64,000 bases of DNA from Octopus vulgaris. Its lineage: Eukaryota. Positions 13,456-27,346 of this stretch are shown one piece after another; within the stretch, counting starts at the first letter, position 1, and every line of letters starts with the position of its first letter. The notes under the pieces were generated by a model. It did not search any database. It had not been told where the DNA came from and saw only the letters and a list, made by a program, of their open reading frames with translations. The position numbers were made by a program, and so were the translations under genes. The stretch lies in contig OX597830.1 of assembly GCA_951406725.2 (NCBI GenBank), positions 15,624,001 to 15,688,000 of the forward strand, written 5' to 3'.

Positions 13456-14029
13456 TAAATAAACAAATAAAGAAATGTTCCATTTATTTGCCAGCATGAC
13501 CCATTCATGCATGCAAAATGTTTTACAAAAAAAGATTTATAGGACATGAGGGGATATAAAAATACAGTTTCATAAAAACAAGGGTGGGGCAAGCGTATTA
13601 CTATACAATACATATGTATAATACACACACATAAAAAGATATTAATAAAAAAACGGATGCAAATAAATTCATAGAATATATATGTATGCGTGTGTATTTC
13701 GTTTTTTTTTTAAATTCTATTTATTGGGGGCTTTTTCACAAACTTTTTTTTTCCGCTTAGGGTATATCTGCCTTTACCCCCTTTGTAGTTTTTACCTCTT
13801 ACCGCAACTCCAGGCAATGAAGCATAGCATATTGTTGAACATGTCAACAATCATGAGAAATCTATTAAAAACCATTTCAAATACTGCAGCAATAAGTTTG
13901 ACATCTAACAACTGTATATGGAGGTAAATGGGAGGCCCCTGCTTCTGTGTTTTTGTTGACTATGATTTCAAAAAAAAAAAAAAAAAAAGAAGAAGAAGAA
14001 AGAAAGTGGGGTGAGCTTGCAAATCCCTT

Positions 14030-14588
14030 TATATCCAAAGCAGCAAAAATTTCACGAGAAATTGAACATCTAAAACCTACATCTCAAGCAGCACACTCTC
14101 TGACTCTTCCCCCATGTTAGAAAATGAACTTTGACACATGGTCTATAGATAGCACATAATAAAACCTGACATCATTGTCCATGACAAAAATGACAGCAGT
14201 GTATTAATTATTGACACAGCAATACCAAATGACAGTAATGTTGTAGGAAGGAGGTGATATAATCTGAGGCATGGCACACTGACCAAGCTGTTGAAGTAAA
14301 AACAATTAAGGAATCTCTATTTTGTCCTAATTGTAACTGACACCAGGGAGTGATACAGCCATTGATAAATTACCTATGAGGGTAGATGCAGGAACATTCT
14401 GGATAGCAGTCGTACTAGGACCTATAAACATTGGTAAGAGATTCTCAGAGTATTTTTTTAAACTTTGAGCAATCTCATGAACCATGAACAAACTATTCTG
14501 GGTTAAACTCAAACACTTCTGTCCATGTTCCCCAATATGTATTTAATTCTTGTTTGAAGGAAACATTAATAATAATAATAATAATAAT
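14030..14588 (+). mobile_element. Degenerate 3' end of an RLE-type (R2/R4/Dong-like) LINE
   Basis: From 14162 it reads KPDIIVHDKNDSSVLIIDTAIPNDSNVV, matching the PD-(D/E)xK restriction-like endonuclease motif RPDIVVxDK...LIIDVAIPxDxNV. Frameshifted, with an (AAT)n tail. Confidence 0.7.
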
Positions 14589-14589
14589 C

Positions 14590-15240
14590 CTTTCTATTAT
14601 AACAACGCTTGAAATGTTTTTAGAGGAGGGGGCTAGTTGATTACATTGACCCTGAAAAAGTGAAAGGCAACGTTAACCTGGCCTGTATTTGAACTCAGAA
14701 GTTCAAATACAGGCTAAGCATTTCCTCGGGTGTGCTGACGATTCCGCCAGCACACCAGTAATAATAATAATCCTTTCTACAATAGCCACAAGGCCTGAAA
14801 TTTGGAAGACGAGCTAGTCGATTACATCAACCCCAGTACGTAACTGGTACTTATTTTATTGAACCCTGAAAGGATGAAAGGCAAAATTGACCTTGGCGGA
14901 ATTTGAACTCAGAACGTAACAGCAAACGAAATACCTATTTCTTTACTACCCACAAGGGGCTAAACACAGAGAGGACAAACAAGGACAGACAAATGGATTA
15001 AGTTGATTACATCGACCCCGCTAAGCATTTCACCCAAAATGCTAATGATTCTGCCAGCTCACTGCCTTACCAATATTAATAATAATATTAATAGTGTTTT
15101 CAAATTTTGGCACAAGGCCGGCAGTTTTGAGGGGGTGGCAGGGGTGGGGGAATTGATTACGTTGATCGCTGTGCTCATCTGGTAGCTTACTTTCTGTCAA
15201 TCCTGAAAAGATGAATGGCAAAGTCCACCTTGGTGATATT
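14590..15240 (-). mobile_element. Cluster of SINE family B copies/fragments separated by (AAT)n
   Basis: Three to four family B blocks. Includes the dimer junction gaaatac|ctatttctttac at about 14930. Confidence 0.75.
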
Positions 15241-15756
15241 TAATAATAATAATAATAATAATAATACCACCTATTTTGCAACCTCTTGAAATGTATTCTT
15301 CAGTTATGATATTTAGTCTTCATTGTTATTAACTGTGAATTTTCTCTTAGAACACTCCTTTCTTTGACCACTTCAAATGCATCTTACTGATTTTTTAAAC
15401 ATCTTAAAATAATAAGCTTTTTTCTGTTTATCTTCGTATTTCACATTTAAAAGGATTTTTCTGAATTTTTGTTTTGAGTTCAAGTAATTTGTTTACCTTG
15501 TTGTTCCATCAGCTTTGTCACTATTATATTCTTCAGTATCTTGTATTAGCATTCACTACTTATTCTGTTGAAGTAGCCTCTTTAAAATTGAAGGGTGGGG
15601 TGTGTTCTGCCTCATTAAATATTCATTACTAAGTTTTATTGTCATACATTGTTGTTCTTCTTACTCGAGCCGAAAAAGTGAAGCTGTTGTTACTAATGAG
15701 AGCAATCCTTCTCCGAACTCTGTCATACGTTTTCAAATGCAAACATTTGCCATTAA

Positions 15757-15978
15757 CCCTTTCATTACTGTATTTATTTTGAGATGCTCTGTGTTTCTTT
15801 CAATTAATTTTAAATATAACAAAGAATTAAGTAAAATAACTTGGTTATCATTAAGCTAGTGTTAGGAACATAAATTGTGACTAAGGTTTCGTGGAAGATT
15901 TCAATTCAAAACTTATGAAAACAGGACATTTGTACTACAAAACCAGTTCCGGTTTCAGCCGGGTTGGTATCAAAAGGG
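15757..15978 (+). mobile_element. piggyBac-like MITE family P1
   Basis: TTAA|CCCTTT...AAAGGG|TTAA, near-identical to 16975-17186 and to 48948-49157 (inverted). Confidence 0.88.
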
Positions 15979-16091
15979 TTAAACCACAATATGGCACTTG
16001 TTATGCTACAGAATTATTTGGACTTGAAATACAGCACAAAGATTCTGTTCTCTACCAAGCAACATACTTAGCAGATATATGTGTCTGTAAT

Positions 16092-16538
16092 ATTGGTTTC
16101 AAATTTTGGTACAAGGCCAGCAATTTCAGGGGACGGGGGTAAGTCAGTTACATTGACCCCAGTGACCTACTGATACCTTATTCATCAAAACTCCAAAAAG
16201 GTGAAAGACAAAGTCGACCTCGGCGGAATTTGAACTCAGAACGTAGCGGCAAACGAAATACCTATTTCTTTACTGCCCACAAGGGGCTAAACACAGAAGG
16301 GACAAACAAGGACAGACAAAGGGATAAAGTCGATTACATCGACCTTAGTGCGTAACTGGTACTTAATTTATCAACCCCGAAAGGATGAAAGGCAAAGTCG
16401 ACCTCGGCGGAATTTGAACTCAGAACATAATGGCAGAGACGAAATAGCGCTAAGCATTTCGCCCGGCGTGCTAACGTTTCTCCTAGCTCGCCACTAAGCA
16501 TTTGTCCCAGCACGGAAACGATTCTGCCGGCTTGCCAC

Positions 16539-16540
<2 letters not shown>
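16092..16540 (-). mobile_element. SINE family B dimer/composite
   Basis: Two tandem family B bodies joined at gaaatac|ctatttcttta (about 16256-16272), with a duplicated head segment at 16449-16539. Confidence 0.8.
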
Positions 16541-16575
<35 letters not shown>

Positions 16576-16974
16576 AATATTGAAGGATTTTGTATAAACC
16601 TTTCACTTCTATGTCTCTTAATCCTCACTTTATCTACTTTGCAACCTTTTGATTCAAATCCACTCATTTAAGATTCAAAGTTCCTTTGTGATTCTTTCAC
16701 AGAATGAGTATCAATGTGTTGAAAGAAAGGTCACTTGACAATCTGTTTCTTCCTGATTTTATCAGACAAAGACGATAATAAGAAGTCTGAGCACAGAATA
16801 TTAGCAGCCGTACATCCCTATTGAAATTTATTCATACAGAAATAAATAAGAGCAACATATAGTCGTTTCATTAATTTACTGTTAATCCTGGGTGTTTACG
16901 TGAGGTGTAGAAATTTGATGACTGTATACTGATAGGCAAAATTTTGTCACTCTTTTTACCATATAGTCTCTTAA

Positions 16975-17186
16975 CCCTTTCGTTACTGTATTTATTTTGA
17001 GATGCTCTGTGTTTCTTTCAATTACTTTAAATATAACAAAAGATTTAGTAAAATAACTTAGTTATCATTCAGCTAGTGTTAGGAACATAAATTGTGACTA
17101 AGGTTTGGTGGAAGATTTTAATTCAAAACTTATGAAAACAAGACTCAGAGCCAAAGCCAGTTTCAGCCGGGTTGGTAACGAAAGGG
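16975..17186 (+). mobile_element. piggyBac-like MITE family P1
   Basis: TTAA TSD and TIR CCCTTTCGTTAC/GTAACGAAAGGG. Confidence 0.9.
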
Positions 17187-17915
17187 TTAATAGTATATAC
17201 TGCCACTATTTTTAGTATTAGTCACTACTGCAATCCTTGTTGGGTCTCTCTTTCTCAACATTTCCAAGAATTGTCAAATATATTACCAAGAAATCTGAGT
17301 ATTTGCATCAAAATTTGTTTCAAATTTGTAAGTTTCATTTAAATGGGGTAAATTTTCCATTACTGCAGATTATAAAAAAAAATTTACCATTGTAATATCT
17401 TAAAGTTGTTTGCTTGCCTACAATATGAAGAGAGTTGAAAAAAGATCGCTTATAAATGTTAACTTTATAAATATCTCAAATCTATCGATCATATTTTTAA
17501 TTTAAAATGTTTTTTTTTTTTTAAATTGTTGCAACCACATATACATACATATATATATACATATATACATATATATATATGTATGTATGTATGTATTAAA
17601 ATTCTTGCATATTTCTTTTCAATACCCAAATTAATATTTTAGATTTATCTGGACTTATGGAATTGGTTGTATTAAATGTAGCAGATTGAGCAGTATTTCT
17701 CAAAGAAAATTTCAAAAAACAATTGAAATAATTTCCTTTATCATAGATATTGGATGTCTGTTGACTATTTCATGATCTTTAAAAGAATTACATTGTGTAT
17801 TATCAAATGACAAATCTGCTCTATGTTCTAAGCTCTGGCTTCATAGCTCATCACATTTATTAACAGCTTTCTTCTTTCAGAGCTTTAGTTTTTGTCTCTC
17901 TATCTCTATATATCT

Positions 17916-17922
<7 letters not shown>

Positions 17923-18003
<81 letters not shown>

Positions 18004-18062
18004 ATCTATCTATCTATCTTTGTCTGTCTATCTATCTATCTTTGTCTATCTATCTATCTTTG

Positions 18063-18094
<32 letters not shown>

Positions 18095-18099
18095 CCTAC

Positions 18100-18149
<50 letters not shown>

Positions 18150-18203
18150 GTTTGTCTATCTATCTGTCTACCTATCTATCTATCTATCTATCTATCTACC
18201 TAC

Positions 18204-18247
<44 letters not shown>

Positions 18248-18280
18248 ATGTCTGCCTATCTATATGTCTGCCTATCTCTC
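17923..18280. repeat. (CT)n plus long (TATC)n microsatellite upstream of NAB exon 1
   Basis: Directly visible. It explains the YLSI-repeat ORFs. Confidence 0.95.
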
Positions 18281-18438
18281 TCGCTATTTCTCCCATTGTT
18301 TATAGCGTAAAAAGCAGAAGTGAAACCAAAAATATTATCAAGTATTTGTTTGGGGCTTGCTAACCTCTTGAGATTTCTTATTCAGCAATGCTCTAACATT
18401 ATTCTATTCCTTCACTTTTTAGGGAATACTTGGATGCC

Positions 18439-18538
18439 ATGACGTCATCACAGCCTACGAATGCATCAGAATGGCAACTATATCGAGTTTTACAACGTGC
18501 AAACCTCTTACAATATTATGATACATTTATTGCTCAAG
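18439..18538 (+). CDS. NAB: NAB (NGFI-A/EGR-binding corepressor) coding exon 1, N-terminal half of NCD1
   Basis: Encodes MTSSQPTNASEWQLYRVLQRANLLQYYDTFIAQ(G), matching the NAB NCD1 start (ELQLYRxLQxANLLxYxDxFIxQG). Acceptor ...ttcactttttAG ends 18422. ATG in GCCATGA context at 18439. Donor G|GTGAAT at 18539, phase 1. The frame is open back to the acceptor, so an upstream coding exon is not excluded. Confidence 0.93.
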
Positions 18539-19102
18539 GTGAATACTATTTACATTTTTACTTCAATGTTGTTTTGTCTTTAAGAACTTTTCAATTATAT
18601 CCTAATTTTATAAGATTGAAATATTTAGCAAAAAAATTCTATTGTTCATTAAAACTAGACTGGCTTCTTCTAGTAAATATCTATTTTCGAAAACGACTTG
18701 GCTAATTTTTACTTTTGAAACTTTTCTCAGTGTGAAAAGTGTGGAATTTAAAGTATTTCGGAGAAGACGAAGCTGTAAATTGAGAAAAATATAAATAAAT
18801 ATCAGGATGTAACATAGGACAAAAGTTTTATAGGTTATTATAAAGAGTGGATACAACTGCTTCTTAGCTCATCTACAACATTGTCTCCTTCTGTGTGTGT
18901 GTGTATGTGTGTGTGTGTATGTGTGTGCAAACACAATGTACAAGCACATAGGCAATATTTGACAGCTCATGACACATTCAGTTTTGGCGAGCTTTTTTTT
19001 TAAAAATAAAAATTGTAAAACCATATCTATTCATAGTCCCCGCCTGTCAGGTCATTTTGAAGTTTGTTGTATCCAGATTGTTTTGAAATTTTGTTATTTC
19101 TT

Positions 19103-19133
<31 letters not shown>

Positions 19134-20345
19134 CCCCTTAATTCTTTCATTCCTGTATTTCTAACTAAAACGTTGACCCCCCCACCCCCCACCCATCACG
19201 CACCTATGCGCTTCAATAAAATTTTCTGAAATAATCACAAACTCAGATTGGTTTCGTGAAACACCTATAGCTTTGTATTTCTTGGTGTTTTGATACGGTG
19301 TTTCACACACAACTTAACAAAAGGTCTTTACATAAATCTATAAAGAATTTTTGTTTCAAATGTACTCTAATAACCAACAGAGATAAAATCTGAAATTTAA
19401 AATTATTTCAATTTTCTTCAAATATCACCGTATAAAATGAATTTTTAGCAGATATTTGCTCACTAACTGTCCGTTATTATCTTAATGACAAAATTGCCCT
19501 AATTTTTGCTTAATTTACACTTGTTTTCCTTTGTTTACATTTGTACAAAGTGATCTGTTTCCACTGATGTTATGTGGAATGCTTAAATTGCAATAAACCA
19601 AAGTAAATACTCAATGGGTTTGAGTCATAAGGATGGCTGCTAATTGGGTGCCATTTCTAAAAATATTGGAAAGCATATTTTAAACATTTTGCCCCCATTC
19701 TTTCTGGAAATTACTGCTTTCACCGTTGCTGTTCAACTATTGTTTACACTTTCAGAAATTGGAACATCCAGTTCCTTCTCCTAGGGTAACTTAGAAGCCA
19801 ATGTCTAAGCATGTCTTCTCTGTGACTCCAGCGTGTCGGAGCGATGGTAATCTGAAAATTCTAAACTTGAATGACTGATCAATAATTGATTATTTGTGTC
19901 TACCCATTAAACAAACATTGTACAGCAAGCTCCTGTTTTCTGAAGACAATCTGTTAATCCAAAAATAGATTGCTTATGTCAATTAGCCAAACATTACCCT
20001 CTAAGTTAAAGCTTTATGAAGGTAGCTTGCCTTAGTGATTGTTATCCCCAAACTAATGAAGTACTCTGAACCTGACCCAAGACAAAAAGTTTGATTTGTT
20101 TGTGGGTATGGTCAGGTGTTATCACTTAATTTGCCTCTTTTGACTGATTTTATTTTATATAAAGTAAGTACTGCTGATGCGTGTTGTTGTATTAAAAAAT
20201 ACTTACAATCTGCTTCCTAGGGTTATCAGTAAGAGAGATGTTTGCTGTTAATTTTGCTGGTCATTGCAAGCACCTAAACCACAACCTACCAGTGACTCAA
20301 ACTGTGACCATGTCCTTGTAAGATGCAGGCTGACTTTGGGAAAAT

Positions 20346-20502
20346 ACTCACAGAGTGGTTGGCGTTAGGAAGGGCCTCCAGCTGTAGAAACACTGCCAGA
20401 TCAGACTGGAACCTGGTGCAGCCTTCTGGCTTCCCAGACCCCGGTCGAACCGTCCAACCCATGCTAGCATGAAAAACGGACGTTAAATGATGATGATGAT
20501 GA
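20346..20502 (+). mobile_element. RTE-tail SINE/non-autonomous element family D
   Basis: Ends ccgtccaacccatgctagcatgaaaaacggacgttaaa(tga)n. Inverted copies at about 53325-53500, 56945-57000, 57927-58036, 58545-58830, 59353-59570 and 63880-64000. Confidence 0.75.
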
Positions 20503-20829
20503 TATATATATATACATATACACACATGTAACTGTGTACAAGGGATGCACTGGAATCACAGGCATGCAAACAGAGAAGAATTCCATATATAGTAGTTGTG
20601 CAGGAGTGATTAGCACGCTTAGATTAAATGCTCAGAGGACTACTTGGAATTAGTTAAAGCTTCCACTAATTAGATGACTTAATTAGCAGTGGAGATAGGG
20701 TGTAATCTGGAAGTATATAGTAACCAGAGTAGAGACTTGTTAGTAAAAGTTCACAGATGCCCTGCTCCTGCTGACAGTAAAAGCTTTACTTATCCAGTGA
20801 TGGGTTGTTTATATGATGTTTTGTGTTGA

Positions 20830-21235
20830 TAGAGAGAAACGTGCTTTGAAGGTGGAAAGATATGTGACAAGCATTCCTCGCTAGTTGTGTAAGTGTGTGT
20901 GTGTGTATAAATGATGGGGAATTTGATGAAAGAAAAATTGCATATAAAGTAAGTAGATTATAGTGTACAGCAGAGGAGACTGCACTTGTATGGACACGTG
21001 TGATGCATGTGGATGGCAACCGGGTTAAGAAATGCCAAGCTGTCTGTGTGCAAAGAATCTCCAGGTGAAAGAGGAAGACCAAGGAAAATATGAGGAGAAG
21101 AAGAAGCTGTGATCTTGGGAAGCTGAACCTCGTGAGAAGATGCTACAACAAAGGACTGCAACAAATGACAAGACACTCCGCTGAAGAAGACCCAGCCAAT
21201 CCATGCAATCACAAAATAATAATAATAATAATGAT
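20830..21235 (+). mobile_element. Degenerate RTE-clade LINE 3' fragment
   Basis: QQRRLHLYGHV (20968-21000) and RGRPRKI (from 21070) match the RTE C-terminal motifs RRLRWYGHV...RGRPRKTW. Frameshifts/stops present, (AAT)n tail. Confidence 0.75.
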
Positions 21236-21526
21236 TATGATAAAAATGGATGTGAAATGATGTTGATTATGATATTTATGTCTACATATGTATATACTTA
21301 TATGTGTGTAACTATATACCCCTCTTCATTCTGATGAAGTTTCATCTTTTCAGTTAGCTAATTGCAAGTTCTCGTAGATGAGACTTTAGTTTCTGACCTT
21401 CAAAGTGAAATTCTCTTGTAGGTTCATTACTGCTGTTTCTATTTTCCTCGTCTGTGTATTACATCTGTCGTTCCTACATTGTCATGTGTTGGATAATTCT
21501 GTACTTGCAAGACTTTCTTTAGCATA

Positions 21527-21746
21527 CTCTTTTACTCTTTTACTTGTTTCACTCATTTGACTGCGGCCATGCTGGGGCACCGCCTTTAGTCGAGCAAATC
21601 GACCCCGGGACTTATTCTTTGTAAGCCCAGTACTTATTCTATCGGTCTCTTTTTGCTGAACCGCTTAGTGACGGGGACGTAAACACACCAGCATCGGTTG
21701 TCAAGCAATGCTAGAGGGACAAACACTGACACACAAACATATACAT

Positions 21747-21778
<32 letters not shown>

Positions 21779-21948
21779 ATATATACGACAGGCTTCTTTC
21801 AGTTTCCGTCTACCAAATCCACTCACAAGGCATTGGTCGGCCCGAGGCTATAGCAGAAGACACTTGCCCAAGATGCCACGCAGTGGGACTGAACCCGGAA
21901 CCATGTGGTTGGTAGGCAAGCTACTTACCACGCATCCACTCCTGCGCC
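21527..21948 (-). mobile_element. SINE family A, full length
   Basis: Reverse complement of the 4813/32646-type copies. Confidence 0.9.
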
Positions 21949-24581
21949 TATGTGTATATAAAAGTATATAAACTGCCTATTTCTCCATGACGGATATAAA
22001 AGTCTTCTATGATGAATATGGTGGGTAGCAGAATACGTTTTTGTGTGATTTTGCATGATATACATACACACGTATGTACATACATATGCATGTGCATATT
22101 TGACTGCACCCAGTGTTAATTCACCTGGGTGTGGAGCAAGTTAAATAAAGCATTCCGCTCAAATACTTATTAAAATACAGGTACACAGTATCTATTGTCA
22201 ATGCATTTCACATACATAAAATGAAATAAATATTCTTTAAAAAATAATAATTATAGTAATTTACAAAGATGTCTTTGAATCTTCGAGATGTCTTTTCTGT
22301 GAATATATTTCTTTCATTCTTTACATATTTGCTAGACTTTTTTTTTTTCATTTCATTTTATTTTATTTACATAGCACAGAACATAACCTCTAAAAACAAT
22401 GTTTGGTAAAAATATATACAGTAGCTGAACTGCAATTAGCTTCTCCCTTCTCAAAAATTTAAAGCCAGTAATTCTCCAGCTATTTTATATGCTACTAATT
22501 ATCTTGCTATTCTGGGAAAAATTGAAGTAACTGCTACTTTTTTTTTCCCTTCCGTTTTTTGTTTTACTTGATTCTGTTTTATAACTATTTGCTCAACAAA
22601 TTAATCACATTTCAACATTTATGCTCGTTGATTTGTGCTGCTAGTTTCACAGGAATTGCAATATGTCACTTAGTAATATGTAAAAGAATTTTAATTCTCA
22701 TTTAAGCCGATATTTTAAATAACCGATATTTTCGTTGGCGCTATCCGTATCTGTTGTCCCTTTTTGACTGTTGCCTGTAGGAGATAGTTTCTAATTCAAT
22801 TCCCTTGTCCCTTTGCAATTTCTAATCCTGGAGTTCAATTTTACCTTAAAATGAAAGGAAAAAAATGTTTTATTCAAAAAATTGCTAGGGTTCCCTATTT
22901 CTGCAAAATTGCTTTAGACACAGTGTTTTTGTTTGTTGTTTACAAAATGAGATTAATTCTACATCATATGGTTGGCCCATCAAATCAACTCTGCCACTCA
23001 CTTTTATTAGTTTTATTTATTTTTTTATTCTTAATATTTAATTTCTGATTTTTACTTACATAACTGAAACCATATCATAAGCTGATCTTTAATAAGATTT
23101 TCAATGATTTTGGTGTTTTCTCTACAGAATCTTACTGAACTAAACCTAGCAATACTTATCCTCCCTGCATGCCTATAGATATGGCTTCCTGTAGCAAAGA
23201 AGGCTTTTGTTGTTGTTGTTGCTGTTGTAGTGTATAGCTTGTTAATACAGTGGTAGAGCTAATTTTTGAGCAGCCATTTAATCGTTAAGAGAACTTTTTA
23301 CCCAATCGACACAACGATTTGTATTCAATTTTACTGTAAAAGAAATTTCTTTGACTATTTCTTTATCAGTTCAAATTTATTTTTGAGATGTTTACAACTC
23401 TGGAATTTTGTTTTTAGTTGTTTTTTTTTTCCCTTGTATTATTATTATTATCATTTTCATTATTATCATTGTCAAAATAAAGTATCAGTCAAGTACGGGA
23501 AAGGGGGTTAATATAATTGACTAAACTCTTGTTGCACCTATGGTAGAAACAACAACAACAGCTTCTAGTACTTACTGCCACCACCATCACTACTACTACT
23601 ACTACTACTACATTGAAGGATGACAGAATGACAGCTACATTAGAGCATTGATGATATTTAATTTATTAGATTTCTTGAATTATTTATTATATTCTTCTAC
23701 ACTGGGTTTAATCGCAACTGTGGTTGCTTTATCCCCCTCGGGGTCAATTAACCATGCCATGCCACTTAACAAATTTGTAATCATTTACCTTTGTGAGAAA
23801 TTATTATTTAATCAAGAAGGTTAAAGTTGTTTGCACAATTGTACTAAATTACCTACAAAGACTTGAGTCTATTTTGCTTACAAAGTTAATGAGTTTAAAT
23901 CCTGAGCTTGTTATCCATTCAAGAAGACAAAACGTTACTAGTGATACATTGCTTTGCCTCGAGCTTTCATCTCCTGGTGAATTCATAGGAGGATCATTGT
24001 GACATATGATGTGTTTTGGACTGTTTTAGACCAAGCACAGCCCACCCTTTCCAGCTCTGAACAAGACTGATTTCTTTTAGAAAAACGCAAACTGCCATAA
24101 AAAAGTTTAACAACCTCAGGATGGATGAAAGGCAAGGTTGACCTCAGCAGTATTTGAACTCAGGGCACGGAGGGCTGGAACAAATACTGCAAGGCAATCT
24201 GATGCTTTAATAATTCCTCTTTCTCTGGAAATTTGTCATTATGTCAGTTAAGGGTTAGCAAGTGCACTTGTAGAATGAAGTAACTTAGCCCTTTTGTTAT
24301 TGATTGCATCAGGGAGGAGAGAATGTTGAGATCTGTTACAGCGTTTAACTGATAATTACTGATATGTTTGCTCTAAGAAAAAATTTTATTAATTAATCGT
24401 GTTATTAAATTATAATCAGTGAGAATCCGGAAATTGTGTTTCCTGTTAATCTTATATTAAAAACAAGATTTTGTTTTACTTTTCTCAAATAACTCAGATT
24501 TTTTATTGTTACTCATTTGAAAATCTTGGCCCTTTTCTGTTAGTATTGCAAGTTTGTGACTTCACATTTCAAATACAAGAG

Positions 24582-24927
24582 CAGTGGTTCTTAATCGAGG
24601 TCTATTTGACCCCTGAAGGTCCATATAAGATTTGAGTGGGTCGGGTGAGGGGTCCATGCAAGCAAAACTGTATCCACAACAGTATGTTAAGGTTCCATGA
24701 AAAAAATTGATTTAAATGTATTTATTGCAAGAAACAGCTGGGCTTCTTTCTCTAACGTTTTACATAGTTCAACCTACAGAAGCCAATGTGTGAAAAACGA
24801 AACAGGAATTTTGAAAAAAGCATCTATAAAACTAGTTTTTAAACATCGAATGACTATGGGGATCCACCAGAATGAAATAATAATCAATTGGATCCATAGG
24901 TAAAAAAAGAGTGGGTGATAACCACTG
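24582..24927 (+). mobile_element. hAT-like MITE
   Basis: Termini CAGTGGTT...AACCACTG, with a related copy at about 3530-3858. TSD not cleanly preserved. Confidence 0.65.
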
Positions 24928-25599
24928 AGCTAGGGTGTGAGTGTGTTTTGTAGAATTTTATCTGAAACCTATCTTTACATTGCTACTCCATATTAAAAGT
25001 TATATAGTCATGAAGCCATTTGTCCAATTAGCATTCACCTACCCAAACAATTAGCTAATTGATCAATTATATGATTGCTGACTGTAAACCTGACACCCAA
25101 GGCATTGGAATTTGCTTTGCAACTAAGGTGAAATATAAGTAATGTTTAGAAGCTAAAGAAAGGGTTCTCAGCTGTTATTGTGGATACTTTGGCAACGATA
25201 ATAGCTGAGTTGATAATAATTAATGTGATTGTGGGACAGTTGTTTTATTTTGAGATACACTATGGACATAGTTGTGGCTAGGATTGAGTACTGTCGAAAA
25301 TCTGACTAATGTAATAAAGACAGATTCTGAACAGTAAAGGACATTTTTGTAGATCAGGAAACAGCTGATACTCATAACCCAGTTTGTTTCCAAATCAAGA
25401 TTCCAGTGTATGTCTCCAGATTCTGCTGAATAAAGCAAACTACAGATAGCCCCCTGGATAAGGCATCGTTCTGTTGCAGTTTCTGCCACTGAGTTAAATT
25501 CTTCCAAATGGACGATTTGGAAAACTCAGTTCTTGTCATTAATAAGGCTGTATTTGGTCAATTAAAGGGTGGCAAAACTCTAAAAAAATAAAGAAATCT

Positions 25600-25830
25600 G
25601 TATTTGTGTGTGTGTGTGTGTGTCCACTGCTTGACAACCAGTGTTGGTGTGTGCGTGTTAACATCCCCGTGACTTAGCTGTTTAGCAAAAGAACTCAATA
25701 GAGTAAGTACTGGGCTATAAAACAAAGAAAAAACTAAGCACTGGAGTTGATTCATTCAACTAAAAATTCTTCAAGGTAGTGCCCCAGCATGGCCACAGTC
25801 TAATGACTGAAACAGGTAAAAGATAAAAGA
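25600..25830 (+). mobile_element. SINE family A, 3' half
   Basis: gcttgacaaccagtgttggtgtg...cagcatggccacagtc...gactgaaaca. Confidence 0.7.
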
Positions 25831-26553
25831 CAATATCAACAGCACTGTTTGCTGCAATGAGTTAAATCACCAATGGTACCCCGCTTGTTGCTGGCTGGGT
25901 ACTGGATGTTGAGAATGTAGTGAAACTAGTAATTTGAAATATATCTTAGAAATTACAATTTATATGAATATCTTATAGTTTGTTCAGCACTTAGATATAT
26001 TTTTTGTTTTCATTTATTTATTTGTCGGATAAAAGTTGAAAATTGTATTTTTCATTAGAAAGTCTCATGTATAATTTAGTTGATTTTAGGAGAATAATCT
26101 AATAGAGTCTCAATCTTTGTAATGAATGAATATTAATCCATTATATTTATGAGTGATAATTTCTTTTTCTGTAATATAATTAAAGAACTTAAATATAATT
26201 TTATAACTAGAATTATGTGGTAAAATCTATTGTTTCTAAACTTCCAAACTTTTAGTGTTGGTTCTGATAAAATTTAATGGAAGAATTTTTAAATATTTCT
26301 ATTCTAATGCATCATAACATGTTTTATGTGGTATAGAAATTCTTAACAGTTTTACTAACTTTTTCCATTAAACTTTTAAAATGTTACCAAATAAGGGACA
26401 TAGCTGAAACAAATGCGAAGAAAATTGAGAAGAGTCTTAAATTTTATGGAAATTTGATAGGTGATGTACTTAGAGATGATATTTTAATTGTAATCTCAGA
26501 AAAAAGGAGAGACCTAAGAAAATTTGGTTCTAATTCAAAATAGTTATCATTAA

Positions 26554-26774
26554 CCCTTTAGCATTTAAACCAGTTATACCTGGCTCAAATATTCTACCTG
26601 TTTTAAGTTCAAATTGGCCAAATCCAGTCTCTCTTACCTACCCTACAATGTCATTCTAGAAATAAACAATCACGTCATTGAGATTTCAAAGCTATGAGCT
26701 GATGCAGGATAAATTCTAAACAATGTGAATAAATAAAGCATTGCATTTGACAGAATAATGTGAATGTTAGAAGG
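26554..26774 (+). mobile_element. piggyBac-like MITE family P2
   Basis: TTAA|CCCTTTAGCATTTAAAC...AAGG|TTAA. Related copies at 47561, 48940, 49743 and 56647. Confidence 0.8.
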
Positions 26775-27060
26775 TTAAGGAAACTGCCCTGTGGGATTAG
26801 ATTAAAAGAGATTCAGAATAAATGGAATTTATATTGGTAACATCTAAGCAGTTGGTTAGAGACTATCTGCACATTCTTCCTCTTATGATCTATCTATACT
26901 TTTGAAATAACTCAGACCTCATGTTTAAATATATAAATGTCATAATCTACCCTGGTACCAGTTGTTTGCCTGTTTATATTTTTATTCTGTTATACTTGTA
27001 TCTGTTCAAACGAAAAATTGCATATAGCCAGTTATCGTTAGGCAGCTATATATATATATA

Positions 27061-27346
27061 TCACATGATCACATGACCAACCAGACTATCAGATGTTGTT
27101 ACACATCGCTGGTCACAATGCGTTCGCATTGTTTTAGCCTTCGAATGACGCCACCCCACTAGCTAAGTGAGCAGGCCAACAGAAGAAAGAGTGGTGAAAG
27201 AGTACAGCACCACCCCCTGCCGGAGCCTTGTGGAGCTTTTAGGTGTTTTCGCTCAATAAACACTCACAACGCCCGGTCTGGGAATCGAAACCGCGATCCT
27301 ACGACCACGAGTCTGCTGCCCTAACCACTGGGCCATTGCGCCTCCA
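27061..27346 (-). mobile_element. tRNA-derived SINE family C (tail type 1)
   Basis: Minus-strand head tggaggcgcaatggcccagtggttagggc...ggtttcgattccc (A/B boxes). Tail ends in catgtgat repeats next to (TA)n. Confidence 0.82.

Noticed and set aside
17892-18310. YLSI-repeat ORFs next to NAB exon 1
   Set aside because: Translations of a (TATC)n microsatellite.
21325-21400. CTGATGA followed by the inverted repeat aagtttcatct/agatgagactt
   Set aside because: GAAA is replaced by GAGA and helix I does not pair convincingly. At best a dead relic.
25220-25507. 95-aa minus-strand ORF in non-repeat sequence
   Set aside because: Non-ATG start, no recognisable motif or exon structure.
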